From: a virus
Taxonomy: Duplodnaviria > Caudoviricetes
Virus record (IMG/VR): IMGVR_UViG_3300034032_000023
Coordinates: 1-45,724 of that record
DNA length: 45,724 nucleotides
Reading direction: 5' to 3' (one strand)
The position numbers and the translations under genes were made by a program. Below the pieces are notes generated by a model. That model was not told where the DNA came from and did no database searches. It saw only the letters and a program-made list of their open reading frames with translations. Below are positions 44,622 through 45,724 of the stretch, in pieces; the stretch's first letter is position 1; every line of letters starts with the position of its first letter.

Positions 44622-45083
44622 TCAGGTTTGCGGGGTGTAGGTGATGCGGGTGGTGAAAGCGATGGGCAGGTACGTAAATCCGGCGTCGCTGTAGCTCGCG
44701 CCCGGGGCGTCGGCGAGGATCAGCCTGCGCATTCCGGGAGCCGCCTTCCAGCCGGTGAGGGCCTGGACCGCGGCGTGGAAGACCTCGCTCGCTCCCGCCT
44801 TCGCTCCGCTGCTGCGCAGCGTTTCCCGGCTCGAGCGCGTGACGACCACCACCAAGTACTCCAGTTCGACCGCTTGCACCGCACCGTGCCCTTCCTGCTC
44901 GCCGGCGCGGTACCCGTTGTAGATGACGGCCACCGCCGGGACTAGCTGGGACTCCTCCTCCACGGCTGCGTACTCGCGGGTGTCGTAGACGAAGCGCACG
45001 ACGCCTGGCGCCTTCAGGCGCTCCTCGAGGCGGGCCTTGATGGCGGCCTCGATGTCGATCGGGGTCAGCGGTGTGCTGCTCAC
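44622..45083 (-). CDS. Tail terminator/completion protein (Mu gp37-like)
   Basis: PAVAVIYNG, LVVVV.R, ALTGWK, YLPIAF; GTGA-coupled. Confidence 0.72.
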   Translation of the reverse strand: MSSTPLTPIDIEAAIKARLEERLKAPGVVRFVYDTREYAAVEEESQLVPAVAVIYNGYRAGEQEGHGAVQAVELEYLVVVVTRSSRETLRSSGAKAGASEVFHAAVQALTGWKAAPGMRRLILADAPGASYSDAGFTYLPIAFTTRITYTPQT

Positions 45084-45577
45084 AGGCCCATGCTCTTGGC
45101 GAGCGCGTTCAGCGCGCTCTTGGCCCATGCGGGTGGGAGTTGCACCTGGCCGCCGGCGGTCATCGGCATGAAGGGCCGGGCCGGGATGGTGACGCCCTTG
45201 CTCATGATCAGCCCGCCGCCCTTCATCGGGATCGCGAGGCGCGCGGCGTTCTTGGGCTTGATCTGCGCGCCGAATTGGTGAGTCGCGGCGTAGCGCACGT
45301 TGGTGCCCACCAGCACGGAGTCCCCCTGGACGGCGTGCTTGATGCTGCGCTGCAGGCGCCCGGTGTCGCGCAGTGGCTGGCCGGACCGGAACGCGGGATT
45401 GATCGGCTTCCACGCGGCGCCGTAGGGGCTCTGCCCGATGCGGAAGCCGAGGCGGATGCGGTTGGCCAGCGCATTGCCCAGCGCGTCGAGCGCGCGGCCC
45501 CGCTCAGCGCCGCCGAGCTGCAGCTTCGCCAGCTTCGCCTCGACGGCGTTCGCCTTGAGCTGCCACTTCACGTCCAT
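45080..45577 (-). CDS. Virion morphogenesis protein (Mu gpG/P2 gpS-like)
   Basis: PLRDTGRLQRSI, VGTNVRYAATHQFG, IPARPF. Confidence 0.88.
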   Translation of the reverse strand: MDVKWQLKANAVEAKLAKLQLGGAERGRALDALGNALANRIRLGFRIGQSPYGAAWKPINPAFRSGQPLRDTGRLQRSIKHAVQGDSVLVGTNVRYAATHQFGAQIKPKNAARLAIPMKGGGLIMSKGVTIPARPFMPMTAGGQVQLPPAWAKSALNALAKSMGL

Positions 45578-45724
45578 CAGCCGAGGTATCCCCGCAGGGT
45601 GTCGGTGGTGAACACGCGCGCCTCGGCGGTGACGTCCATGCCGGCGTCCAGCGCGATCGGTACCGCGCCGCCCTCGGGCAGCAGCTCGGGAATCGCCAGC
45701 TTGCCGGCGACCATGCCCTCGAGG
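45577..45724 (-). CDS. Mu gp36-like protein, C-terminal part
   Basis: LEGMVAGKL...RVFTTDTLRGYLG*; in frame with the 1..272 fragment across the window ends. Confidence 0.78.
   Translation of the reverse strand, partial: LEGMVAGKLAIPELLPEGGAVPIALDAGMDVTAEARVFTTDTLRGYLG

Noticed and set aside
1-45724. Transposable (Mu-like) phage; tRNA genes; alternative genetic code
   Set aside because: No MuA/MuB; no cloverleaf-like intergenic sequence noticed; core genes read intact in the standard code

Overview
The window looks like an essentially complete, circularly permuted genome of a GC-rich tailed phage with a siphovirus-type non-contractile tail. A Mu gp36-like gene is split across the two ends and rejoins in frame. 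The virion genes are Mu/D3112-like: terminases, DUF935-type portal, MuF, protease/scaffold, cement, capsid, neck, tail tube, frameshifted chaperone, tape measure and tail tip. Replication and recombination are lambdoid: Cro-like, an O-like initiator with four 18-bp iterons, P-like, RusA, ERF and SSB. There is also a Mor/C-like activator, a lysis cassette (M15 endolysin, three membrane proteins, two spanins) and three orphan DNA methyltransferases. I found no integrase, transposase or CI repressor. The most striking element is a 1334-aa MuF head protein carrying a tandem helical repeat, a HipA/PI3-PI4-kinase-like domain and a C-terminal ADP-ribosyltransferase-like domain. It is flanked by two small translationally coupled ORFs, so it is a candidate virion-delivered dual-enzyme effector with immunity genes. 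All calls come from reading motifs by eye; no database searches were run, and starts adjusted from the ORF track are approximate.
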